A DNA stretch of 48,768 bases from Octopus bimaculoides. Its lineage: Eukaryota. Below the pieces are notes generated by a model. It saw only the letters and a program-made list of their open reading frames with translations, was not told the DNA's origin and searched no databases. The stretch is from contig NC_068989.1 in the NCBI RefSeq assembly GCF_001194135.2, positions 78,613,820-78,662,587 on the forward strand, read 5' to 3'. Numbering within the stretch: the stretch's first letter is position 1; every line of letters begins with the position of its first letter. The position numbers and the translations under genes were made by a program. This document shows, piece after piece, positions 13,598-24,190 of this stretch.

Positions 13598-13838
13598 GTG
13601 CGTGTGTGTCTTTATGTTTTTATGGTTGCGTTTGTCCTTCACCACCGCTTGGAAACCGGTGTTGGTGTGTTTACGTGCTCGTAACTAAGCGGTTCGGCAA
13701 AAAATGTCCGATAGAATAAGTGCTAGGCTTATAAATAAGACATAAGTTCTGGGTTCGATTTGCCCGACTAAAACACTTCAAGGCGGTGCTCCAGCATGGC
13801 TGCCGTCAAATGAATGAAACAAGTAAAAGATAAAAGAT
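13388..13838 (+). mobile_element. SINE family A, near full length
   Basis: tRNA-like head (gtaagaagcttacttcccaacc...ggattcagtccc), ccttggacaagtgtcttc block, central (GT)n, and a 3' domain ending gaaacaagtaaaagataaaagata. Confidence 0.88.
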
Positions 13839-13864
13839 ATATATAGTTAAGCATTCCACCAGTT

Positions 13865-14090
13865 CTAACACTAGTTTCAAAATTTGGCACAAGGTCAGCA
13901 ATTTTGGGGAAGGGGTGAATCGACTACATGGACTCCCAGTGCTCAGATGTAACTTATTTTGTCGAGACCGAAGGATGGAACGCAAAGTCAATCTCGGTGG
14001 CATTGGAACTCAGAATGCAAAGTAGGAAGATATTCTGCCAACTATTTTCTCCGGGGCGGTAACGATTCTGCCTGCTAGTCGCCTTGGCCA
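13865..14090 (-). mobile_element. SINE family B monomer (diverged)
   Basis: Minus strand gives ggcagaatcgttaccgccccgg...ttctgagttccaatgccaccgagattgactttgcg..., matching the family B body. Confidence 0.7.
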
Positions 14091-14152
14091 TTTCTAATAT
14101 TTTACAGTTTTTAACGTTAACTAGCGTTGCTTTATTATTTCATCGGGCACAT

Positions 14153-14586
14153 GACGGCGAGCTGGTAGAAACCTTACCACGCCGGGCGAAATGCTTAGCG
14201 TATTTCGTCTGCCGCTACGTTCTGAGTTCAAATTCCGCCGAGGTCGACTTTGCCTTTCATCCTTTCGGAGTCGATTAAATAAGTACCAGTTACGCACAGA
14301 GGTTGATGTAATCGAATTAATCCGTTTGTCTGTCCTTGTTTGTGCCCTCTGTGTGTAGCCCTTGTGGGCAGTAAAGAAATAAGAAATATTAGCACGCCGG
14401 GTGAAATGCTTAGCGGTATTTCGTCTGTCTTTTCGTTCTGAGTTCAAATTCTGCCGAGGTCGACTTTCACTTTCATCCTTTCGAGGTCGATGAATTAAGT
14501 ACCAGTTGTGTACTGTGGTCGATCAAATCGACTGACCCCACTCCCAAACAATTTCACGCCTTGTGTCTAGAGTAGAAAAGATTATC
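14153..14586 (+). mobile_element. SINE family B dimer: tailed variant nested in a standard copy
   Basis: Head ggcgagctggtagaaacc..., body, tail tagcccttgtgggcagtaaagaaataa (14356-14382), restart at gaaatattagcacgccggg (14383), then a standard 3' end tagagtagaaaagattat. Confidence 0.92.
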
Positions 14587-14639
14587 GCATCGGGCACAAA
14601 GCCACTGATTTATATAGAAAAGATTAATATTGGTATGGT

Positions 14640-14835
14640 TTTAAAGTTAAGAAGTTCACTTTGAAACCACATGGTTTCGGGTTCAGTCCCATAGTACGGT
14701 ACCCTGCGTAATTGTATTCCACTATAAACCCGGTCCAACCAGTGTCCTGCGAATGAATTTGGATGATGGAAACTGTGTGAAAGACCGTCGTATATAAACA
14801 AATATATTCGTATATAAACAAATATATGTTTGTGC

Positions 14836-14868
<33 letters not shown>

Positions 14869-15050
14869 TTTGTATTTTTCATAATCACAGCCTGACAACT
14901 GGTGTTGGTTTATGTTCTCATAACTAGTGGTTCAGGGAAAGAAACTGACAGAATAAATAGACGACTTTAAAAAAATAAATAGTGGGGGCGATTCATTCCG
15001 TTAAATACTGCCTACCATGGTTGCAGTCCAGTGATTGACACAACTGAAAG
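14640..15050 (+). mobile_element. SINE family A copy (diverged, (GA)n centre)
   Basis: ccacatggtttcgggttcagtccc head, gatggaaactgtgtgaaagaccgtcgtata block, gacaactggtgttgg 3' domain. Confidence 0.65.
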
Positions 15051-15123
15051 AAAGCTAGTTGACGTAATCTCGTTAAATATTCGAGGTATATTTTTCGACC
15101 CCGAAAAGACAAACAGCAAATTA

Positions 15124-15824
15124 GGATTTATTTTAAAACGGGGGCCACAGTTTTCATTAATGTTTTACGTAGTGTTTTTGGTACCGAAAGACTTTCAAAC
15201 TTCGTATACTTATCTATTTTGTGTTATAGAACAGAAAAATATTTTTGTATTCGAATTTATTTCATGTAAAAAATTGTCTTATTTCGATAATTTCAACCAA
15301 TCACTGACAAGTATTCAGTTGTTTATATTTACTCCTTTGGCTGATTAAGCGGTGTAAAGCGTATTTAATCTCCATAGCTTCGTTTTATTTGCTTTTTTCA
15401 TTTTAAATTTGCTTTTTTCATTTTCTTTCTTTTTTTCTTCGTTTTATTTGCTTTTTTTCTTTTTAAATTTGCTGTTTTACCCTAACCCTAACCCTAGGGT
15501 TAGGGTTAGGGTTAGGGTTAGGGTTAGCCTATAATAGAAAGGTTTATTAGCTACTGCCAATATGCTTCAGCCATTTTTTGACAAGGAAATAATAATTTTA
15601 TCACCGATAGAATTGTTTCAGAATCGTTTGTTTATGTAGTCGGCACTTAATGTATATCGGCTGAATGGACGTCAGTGATTGGTTGAAATTACAGAAATAC
15701 GACAACTTTAACATGGAATAACTTATGGATTTCTTTTTTTTTTTTTAAGAAGACTAAGAGAAAAAGATGTTTTATATGACACATTCTACCAGTGTTCCAA
15801 GTTTCAAAGTGTTTCGTTAGATCC
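15124..15824 (-). mobile_element. Second, complete copy of the telomeric-core element
   Basis: Short terminal inverted repeat GGAT(T/C)TA...TAGATCC; arms match 9250-9530 and 9670-9928 in inverted orientation. Confidence 0.82.
15479..15527. repeat. Head-to-head interstitial telomeric repeat (CCCTAA)n-(TTAGGG)n
   Basis: accctaaccctaaccctagggttagggttagggttagggttagggttag, a palindrome centred on CCCTAGGG. Confidence 0.97.
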
Positions 15825-16348
15825 GCAAATTAGACCAAGATAAGTTTTGAACCTAGAATATGAAGTGAGGATAACTAAATACCGTAATGTACGTTATCAA
15901 GTACTATACCGATTTTTCCACTACACTGCTCTAATAATTATTCAGTAATTCAATAAAATTGTGCGAATCTAAAAAAGCGTAATTGTCCCGTTATCGCAAA
16001 ACAAATTTTTGTTTGTTTTGTTTTGTGATTTTCTTTTTAGTCTTGATCGGTAATTCTCGACAGGCGAGAAACCCGATTCAGTCATTACAAGATTTAATTA
16101 ATTTAATAAACGAACGAAATTAAATAAGTTAATTAGTGACATTTCTTTGGTAGCCATGTGGAAATAAACTACAATTACGTATTAACATGTTCTGGACTCA
16201 GTCAGAAGTAACATAGAGAGATTACAAAGAGTAATATGTAAGAGAAGTACATAGAGGTACCAGAGAAATATAAAACTACAATACATATATGCATACATAC
16301 AAATATATATAGATACACACACATACAAATATGTATATATACACACAC

Positions 16349-16422
<74 letters not shown>

Positions 16423-17214
16423 NNNNNNNNNNNNNNNNNNNNNNNNNNNNNNNNNNNNNNNNNNNNNNNNNNNNNNNNNNNNNNNNNNNNNNNNNNNNNN
16501 NNNNNNNNNNNNNNNNNNNNNNNNNNNNNNNNNNNNNNNNNNNNNNNNNNNNNNNNNNNNNNNNNNNNNNNNNNNNNNNNNNNNNNNNNNNNNNNNNNNN
16601 NNNNNNNNNNNNNNNNNNNNNNNNNNNNNNNNNNNNNNNNNNNNNNNNNNNNNNNNNNNNNNNNNNNNNNNNNNNNNNNNNNNNNNNNNNNNNNNNNNNN
16701 NNNNNNNNNNNNNNNNNNNNNNNNNNNNNNNNNNNNNNNNNNNNNNNNNNNNNNNNNNNNNNNNNNNNNNNNNNNNNNNNNNNNNNNNNNNNNNNNNNNN
16801 NNNNNNNNNNNNNNNNNNNNNNNNNNNNNNNNNNNNNNNNNNNNNNNNNNNNNNNNNNNNNNNNNNNNNNNNNNNNNNNNNNNNNNNNNNNNNNNNNNNN
16901 NNNNNNNNNNNNNNNNNNNNNNNNNNNNNNNNNNNNNNNNNNNNNNNNNNNNNNNNNNNNNNNNNNNNNNNNNNNNNNNNNNNNNNNNNNNNNNNNNNNN
17001 NNNNNNNNNNNNNNNNNNNNNNNNNNNNNNNNNNNNNNNNNNNNNNNNNNNNNNNNNNNNNNNNNNNNNNNNNNNNNNNNNNNNNNNNNNNNNNNNNNNN
17101 NNNNNNNNNNNNNNNNNNNNNNNNNNNNNNNNNNNNNNNNNNNNNNNNNNNNNNNNNNNNNNNNNNNNNNNNNNNNNNNNNNNNNNNNNNNNNNNNNNNN
17201 NNNNNNNNNNNNNN
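16423..17214. other. Assembly gap (792 N)
   Basis: N-run after (GT)n. Confidence 1.
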
Positions 17215-18059
17215 TATAAACACACATACATAAGGGTAAGCATATTAAAAGGGGTCCGTAGAAAACTCATATAAATAAGAAGGTTGGGAACCACTGTTGT
17301 AGAAACTAAAGGTTTCGATGAGCTCGTAGTTAACCTCTTTTTAATTGATTTTTGAAGAGATGTTCACATCAGCAAGACAGCTAACCTCTGTGACAGTACC
17401 CTCTTTTACACTCCTTTCATTTTCATTCCTAATTAACTCTCTGGCCTGTTATGATTGCATTTCATAGATGTTTTGATGAGTATGTCCTATCACTATTCCT
17501 TGTGTTGATGTTTATATACGTATTCAATAACATGAAGATTTTTCTATATGCATCCCAGAAGAGATTTCATTGTATTTTCGGATAGCATTGTATTTTGTTT
17601 TACCCAAAATGTCGTCCTATTATCAAGATCATATTCATGTAATTTATTTGAAGAAAACGAAAAAAAAAAAACTGTATATAAAATGTATTCATTGTATTTT
17701 CGTAAGCAGCATAAGAAAAAATAAGATTTATGTTAACAGCATTATGATTCACTTGGCTACCATACAAGAAATTGGAGGTCATTTTTTTTCAGCATTAAGC
17801 GACTGTTATTTCTCATGGAGATGTTCCTACAGAAGAAGTAAAAGAATCTAACATGTAAAATGTCTATCTAACCTATTTCTTTGAACTAAAAAGGCTTCTT
17901 CTCTTTAATCTACGGAAAGGCCAACTACGTGAATGTCGTTAGTTTCAAGACCTTCACAGACTGTTGCTAAAACTATTTGTTCAGTTTTTCCCTTAGACAT
18001 ACACATACATATACACGTTCGCGCGTACGCACACATACATACACACACACACACATATA

Positions 18060-18381
18060 TAGGTTGTGTCAAAAGTCACGCAACAAAACATTAGACATTT
18101 TATTTATATTTTAGTTATTATTATTTTATCAAAACGCTCAACTTATTTTGCTGGGTATGATGGAAAGTGTTAGCTGTTCACAGCCAGCAGACTAAGTTGA
18201 CTTGTTTACTGGTCATGCTTCAAGAAACCTGCAAAGAATTCTTGTAGCTGTTCATCATGTACAAGTACGCATTTATTCATCGCTATTTTATTTATTTTAT
18301 TCAATTTTAAATTTGAGGCATGTCTTTGACAATTCTGCAGCGTATTGAACTTATTTTTTACGTAACTTTTGGCCCATTCAA
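18060..18381. mobile_element. Putative Tc1/mariner-type MITE (~320 bp)
   Basis: Diverged TIRs TAGGTTGTGTCAAAAGTCACG versus TTGAATGGGCCAAAAGTTACG (15/21 identical), each flanked by TA. Confidence 0.5.
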
Positions 18382-18557
18382 TATATGAGTGTATACACGT
18401 AGATGTGAAATTGTGTGAGACTGCACTTTCATAAAATCAAATGCTTACCTATCATTCAGTCGTTACAATTTCTTAATATTCTACTGCTGTCTCTATACCC
18501 AATGTTGATGTCTGCTGACGAAACAATCAACCGCGTGTTTATAAAAGATGTCGGCAA

Positions 18558-18669
18558 ATTATGACGTCATAATAGAAATGCATAGAAATAATCGAAGGAC
18601 AAAGAACAAAATGTTAAAAGTATTACAACACTATTTCTTTGTTGAAAAATAATACTTGAAATGACGTCA
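18558..18669. promoter_or_regulatory. Pair of full CRE palindromes (TGACGTCA) 100 bp apart
   Basis: TGACGTCA at 18562-18569, inside the 16-bp palindrome ATTATGACGTCATAAT, and at 18662-18669. The motifs are certain; function is not. Confidence 0.35.
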
Positions 18670-18850
18670 CATTGATAATATGCACTCACAATTACAAATA
18701 CGAAAGCTTTTATGTGATTACATGTCCCGCCTTCAAATCAGCTGGAAAGATATATAGTGATGATGAAAGGAAAATCTTGAGTAGGAACGTTTATGAAGAA
18801 GTCACCTAAGTAAATGTAAATATTTCACAATGTATTATATAGTGAGTATG

Positions 18851-19068
18851 TACCGTTAACGTGGTTCTCGGGGAGATTCAGCGAGACACAAGATGCAACA
18901 AGGTTGGCCCCTTTGAAATACAGGTAGTACTCATGTTTGCCAGCTGGGTGGACTGGAGTAACGTGAAATAAACTATTTTGCTCAAGGACACAAAACGCCT
19001 CTGAGAATCGAACTCATGTCCTAACGGTCGTGAACTGAATAACCTAACCATTAGGCCACGCACCTTCA
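18851..19068 (-). mobile_element. tRNA-derived SINE, family C relative (CORE-like centre)
   Basis: Minus strand gives tgaaggtgcgtggcctaatggttagg...gagttcgattctc, then gtgtccttgagcaaaatag, then the 3' part shared with 20495-20665. Confidence 0.75.
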
Positions 19069-20494
19069 TACTAATTTAACAAATTACAAAGCGCCTAATA
19101 CAACATCTGTTTAGTGCGGCGAGCTGACAAAATCGTTAGCAGACTGGGAGAAAAGCTTTACCATAGCCATAGGCTGACCAATGTCTTCTGAATGACGGGA
19201 AACTGTACAGAAGCCTATATTTGTGTGCGTATGCTGATGTATATGTATGTGTTGCTGAATATTTGTTGATGTGTGTGTATTGGTGTGTGTGTGTGTATGT
19301 ATGTGTGTGTTGCGCTTGTGTCTCACACAACACAGCAGGCTGAAAAGAATTTGTCTAAAAAAATGTAATTCAGCCACCCGATAGGAAGATGTATCAAACA
19401 GAAGCAGGTACTAAGGTCGATATTATCGAATACAAAACCATTGCAGGTAAAGCTCCAGACTGACCACAATCCAATTACTAAAAGCACTAAAAGAATGTAT
19501 ATAAAAAACAGAAATACCACTCCGAAATCCAATCATTGTTTTGGATCGATGATCGTTTGATGTGATATTATAATCATATAATCAATTAAATCCGTAAATA
19601 ATTAAGTACATAAATATTTTTTATATTATTATCTACGAAGTTACTTAGTTTTGATTAAGAACGGTTATTATTTGGTAAAATGTTTATTTTCGAATTATAT
19701 TACTGTCCTCACCTTGTGAAGTTGGTGTGAGTTGCCAATATAAATATACTTATGAAAACGAGAGCAAAAATTGCTGAGACAGCCAAAAGATTAGTAAGCA
19801 CTACGCTTTTGTTGCTGGCAATACCTTGTGTCTATCGCCAAGAAAATTCGAACATGCCCCAATTTCCCTAATTTTAACTAAGAGATAGCGAAGTCTCAGA
19901 CAAACAGTTGCTCGTGTTTTACAGTTTCTCGACTACTTCTTCAGTTATTGTACACACACAGGTCGTTCTGATGCCGTGATCGTTGCTTTCTCCGGCCCAT
20001 AGAATTGCTTTAAGCTGAGTCGAACTATTTGATTATTCAAAAATCGTTTCACTACCGCATAGCAATACCATATAGTAATACCAAATGGCAATAACGTATG
20101 TCTCTAGCCAAGTCAACTCATATATGTCCCAGTTTACCTAACTTTAAATACAAAGCAAAACGTAATGAATTTCGAATATTAGGATGTACAGAGAAAAGGT
20201 AATTCGACGTTTCGGACAAGTTGTCCTTTATCAAAATAGATAGGTGAGTAATAATCTTTGAAGTGAAATACACGAGCCAACGGGAACATCCACGTTGTTG
20301 CTCAATATGTCAAAAATAGGTAGTAAGTCCTCTGTAAATCATACACTACCGGAGTAAAAAGAAAAGGTGCATTCAATAAGGAGGTCGAGGATTCACTTCA
20401 TCTGAAATAGTGGCGAGATAGTCATAGAAAAAATGTCTGTGATCACAGATAAATTCGATTGGCACCGAACTAGCTGTCGATCAACGGACAACAA

Positions 20495-20863
20495 TTGGCA
20501 CTCCGTCGCTTACGACGTCGAGGGTTCCAGTTGATCTGATCAACGGAACTGCCTGCTCGTGAAATTAACGTGCAAGTGACTGATCACTCCACGGACACGT
20601 GTACCCTTAACGTAGTTCTCGGGGAGATTCAGCGTGACAAGTCTGACCCTTTGAATTACAGGCACAACAGAAACAGGAACTAAGAGTGAGAGAAAGTTGT
20701 GGTGAAAGAGTACAGCAGGGTTCGCCACCATCCCCTGCCGGAGCCTCGTGGAGCCTTGGGTGTTTTCGCTCAATAAACACTCACAACGCCCGGTCTGGGA
20801 ATCGAAACCGCGATCCTATGACTGCGAGTCTGCTGCCCTAACCACTGTGCCATTGCGCCTCCA
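20495..20863 (-). mobile_element. tRNA-derived SINE family C, near full length
   Basis: Head tggaggcgcaatggcacagtggttagggcagcagac...ggtttcgattccc with A and B boxes; 3' end ...gacggagtgccaa. Confidence 0.85.
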
Positions 20864-21056
20864 CGGACAACAATAAAAGCAACAGCAATAGCAGCAGCAG
20901 CAACAACAACAGTAGCAGTTACAAGAACTAATGCAAATTTCCGTGGCAAGAATTTGTTAAGTTCAGTCTCTTGTATGAATACGAGCAGAAGGGGAATGGG
21001 CTCTGCCAAGCTAATGTAATCAGTAAGTTTTCCTCTACCAAGGAATTATATTAAAT

Positions 21057-21245
21057 GTACCTGTATTTAAAGGGCTAGCCTTGTCACACTCTGTGTTACG
21101 CTGAATCTCCCCCGAGAACTACGTTAAGGGTACACGTGTCTATGGAGTGCTCAGCCACTTGCACGTTAATTTCACAAGTTGGGTGTTCCGTTGATCGGAT
21201 CAACTGGAACCCTCGTCGTCGTAACCGACGGAGTGCCAACAACAA
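21057..21245 (+). mobile_element. SINE family C, 5'-truncated copy (inverted relative to 20495-20665)
   Basis: gtacctgtattt...gctgaatctcccccgagaactacgttaagggtacacgtgtc...gatcaactggaaccctcgtcgtcgtaaccgacggagtgccaacaacaac. Confidence 0.85.
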
Positions 21246-21977
21246 CTATCAAATGACTAATACAGTGCCAAGATTGTGGTATTCTAGTTGCAACTAAACG
21301 GTTCGATATGGTAGGTACTTGTATCAGTAAATAATAAAAATATCTGTTGCGTGTATGACATTCTATAACATATTTTACTGTGTAACATGTTTTATTTCTA
21401 AGGACATACACTATTTTTTGTCAAACAACATGAACAGCTTGCAGAAAGCTGCAGTGTATTGAACCGGGAGAACCACTAAGTGATCGCTGCACTTGTTAGA
21501 AATAGCAGCGAAACTCTATCTCACCTTATTACTGTATCGACTAGATAATGAAATTGAATGTACACCGGAATGACGAGGTCGTCATAACTTGAAAGTCTCT
21601 GATTTTAATATTTATCTGGGACTAAACAAAAACCACAATAAGAAGCTATATGGTTAATATGTCTATATTTCTTCAGTTGTAGCTTTTCGGTCAGTAACTG
21701 ATCCTCACAGCCATACGCGTCTTTGTAGCATCTTTCTTGTGCGTCTAGAGAGACAGGTTGCTTTCTTCTAAATTCCTGTTCTCCCTCAGCGTTATTATTG
21801 CAGCTGAAACTTTGAAGGCTGTAAGAAGACGTCTCAGATCTCTAGTGTTGCCTTTGGCTCCGTCAGTAGTTCATTAAACATTTTACTTATACCTTATGCG
21901 CCTCTGTTTCTAAATATTTTTCCACTAACAACTAGAGACATTGTCTTGTCTGTTGCCTTCCAGCTGTTCGTGTATTG

Positions 21978-22105
21978 CAGTTTCTCGACTACTTCTTCAG
22001 TTATTGTACACACACAGGTCGTTCTGATGCCGTGTTCGTTGCTTTCGCCGGCCTATAGAATTGCTTTAAGCTGGAGTCGAACTATTTGATCATTTAAAAA
22101 TCGTT
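21978..22105 (+). repeat. ~127-bp direct duplicate of 19922-20048
   Basis: About 5 substitutions and 1 indel between the copies, counted by eye. Confidence 0.92.
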
Positions 22106-22329
22106 GGTATTTTTCATTTTGACTAAAGTACAGCTTTTGTTACGTTGTATTTCTATGTTATATGTTCTTTCTCTTTAAATTTTGTTGTTTTGTTATTGAT
22201 TTCATCGGGAATTAAAAGGTCCATTCACTTATTTTCTTAGGTTTTTTTCTGAATATTTTTCATGTTATTTGCTTGGGTTTTAATACTCTTATTTGAGTAG
22301 ATTTGAGAGTGTACTCATCGTCCTTTCTA

Positions 22330-22500
22330 ACCACAGTGACTGCTGTATATATTACTTTATCTGACATGCTGTTTTAATCTGATTTAAATCTGTGTTAGGT
22401 TATATTTTTATTTTTATGGCTATTTCGTCAGGGAGTTTTACACTTGAAGTTTGGGTATGCTTAGTTCATAGGCAGAGCTATTGCACTTAATTTTTGGATT
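22330..22500 (-). pseudogene. Possible very old Penelope-like RT remnant
   Basis: Minus-strand SDKVIYTAVTVVRKDDEYTLKSTQI resembles the ADKG..VV.D..DY segment upstream of PLE RT domains; the match is weak. Confidence 0.3.
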
Positions 22501-23047
22501 GTATCCGTCTTTTAATTTTTCTCATATTCTCTTTTATTTACATTTTTGCTTGTGGAGTTTCTCGCTGTGAAACAGATACGGTTACTCTCTGGGTAGGAAG
22601 AGTCGTTCTTCCACTACTAACAATAAAACGTTTTCCAAAGTCAGTTGCAGAAAGAGAATGACGTTGAAAATGTTGCAACTGTGTGGCGAAACCTTTGGTT
22701 CAAGGGACAATAATCAAAAATTAATTAACTGATTAATTAACAGCATTTAAATTAATTACCTGATTAAACAATTAACTAATCAGAGAAGTGAACTAGAAGT
22801 ATTTACGATTTTTTATAGCATTTTTAGCAGAATGATCCTCAAAATTACAATATCTGTATCAACACACGATTTCGCATCAAGAATCCTGCAAAACAAATGC
22901 AAAATCGATGTATTGTGGTCTTACTTTGGTTAACAAGAAACTGGAAACACTGTATTTGCTTTATTGTTTGAATAAGAAAATAACAACTCCAACTTTATAA
23001 TCAATGAAAAGCAGGAAGAGAAGGACATTGAAAAAAAGACATGTTTA

Positions 23048-23450
23048 TGTCGTGAAAGATTGTTTCAGTAATTTGACTGCAGCCATGCTGGAGCACCGTC
23101 TTAAAGGGGTTTTAGTCGAAGAAAGACACCAGGATTTATTCTTTGTAAGCCTTGTATCTATTCTATCAGTCTCTTTTGCCGAACTGCTAAGTTACAAGGG
23201 CGTAAATACACCAACATCGGTTGTCAAGCGATGGGAGGGGGGGATGCAGACACACGCACACACACACACATACACATAAATATATAGATATACGACGGGC
23301 TTCTTTCAGTTTCCGCCTACCAAATCCACTCACAAGGCTTTGGTCGGCTCGAGGTTATAGGAGACACTTCTCCAAGGTACCACGCAGTGGGGCTGAACCC
23401 GGAACAATGTGGTCGGGAAGCAAATTTCTTACCCCACAGCTACGCCTGCA
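23048..23450 (-). mobile_element. SINE family A copy
   Basis: Reverse complement of the family A head, central (AC)n and 3' domain (gcagccatgctggagcaccgtcttaaagg). Confidence 0.85.
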
Positions 23451-23554
23451 CGCAAATCAATAAAAAAAAAATAACAAAAGCAGTGAACTACTACATCCCG
23501 TACGGTTTTGTTCAACAAAATAACTTTCTAAGGCTACAACAATAATTGTTCCAT

Positions 23555-23750
23555 TTTGCTGGGGTTCTTCTTTGGGAAAGGAAACGGCTAATTAAATCGA
23601 CCCCAGTAACTGACCGCTTCTTTATTGTATCATTCCTGGAAGGATCAGAGGTAAAATTGACTGCAACGGGATTTGAACTCTAAAACTAAAGAGCTGAAAC
23701 AAGTACTGCAATGCATGCACTTTGTTCGATGCATTAACGATTCTGCTTCC
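23555..23750 (-). mobile_element. SINE family B monomer (diverged)
   Basis: taaatcgaccccagtaactg...ggatcagaggtaaaattgactgcaacgggatttgaactc matches the reverse complement of the family B body. Confidence 0.6.
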
Positions 23751-23991
23751 CCAAATGGCAGTATACTTGAATGAGAAAATCAGGTTTTATTCCCAAAATT
23801 TTACACCTTGTAGTCATTAACTATGTTATCTACATATACCATTTCTATCGATAATATTTTCGTATAATAAAACTATACAAATATAATTTGTATAATTTTT
23901 AACAATTTTTTCTCTTCTGTCTATTAATTATATTTAAATGAAATATGATATATTTTCCTGCGATATTTTTCCTAACAAACCAGAGACCTTA

Positions 23992-24154
23992 GTTACATTA
24001 TTTACTTTTGACGGATATTTGTCCTCATCTTGTTTGTTGTCAACACAACGTTTCGGCTGATATGCCCTCCAGCTTTCATCAGGTGTCATGGGGTAATTTC
24101 GAACCTGGTTTCTCATTCCTAAGGCATTTTTCGATGTTATTATTTTTATTATTA

Positions 24155-24190
<36 letters not shown>

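Noticed and set aside
15479-15527. Head-to-head telomeric repeat as a chromosome-fusion scar
   Set aside because: It is very short and sits inside a dispersed element whose second copy (9553-9567) also carries TTAGGG, so transposon cargo is the simpler explanation.
22715-22790. Dense TAAT/ATTA cluster as a homeodomain enhancer
   Set aside because: It cannot be distinguished from AT-rich low-complexity sequence without conservation data.
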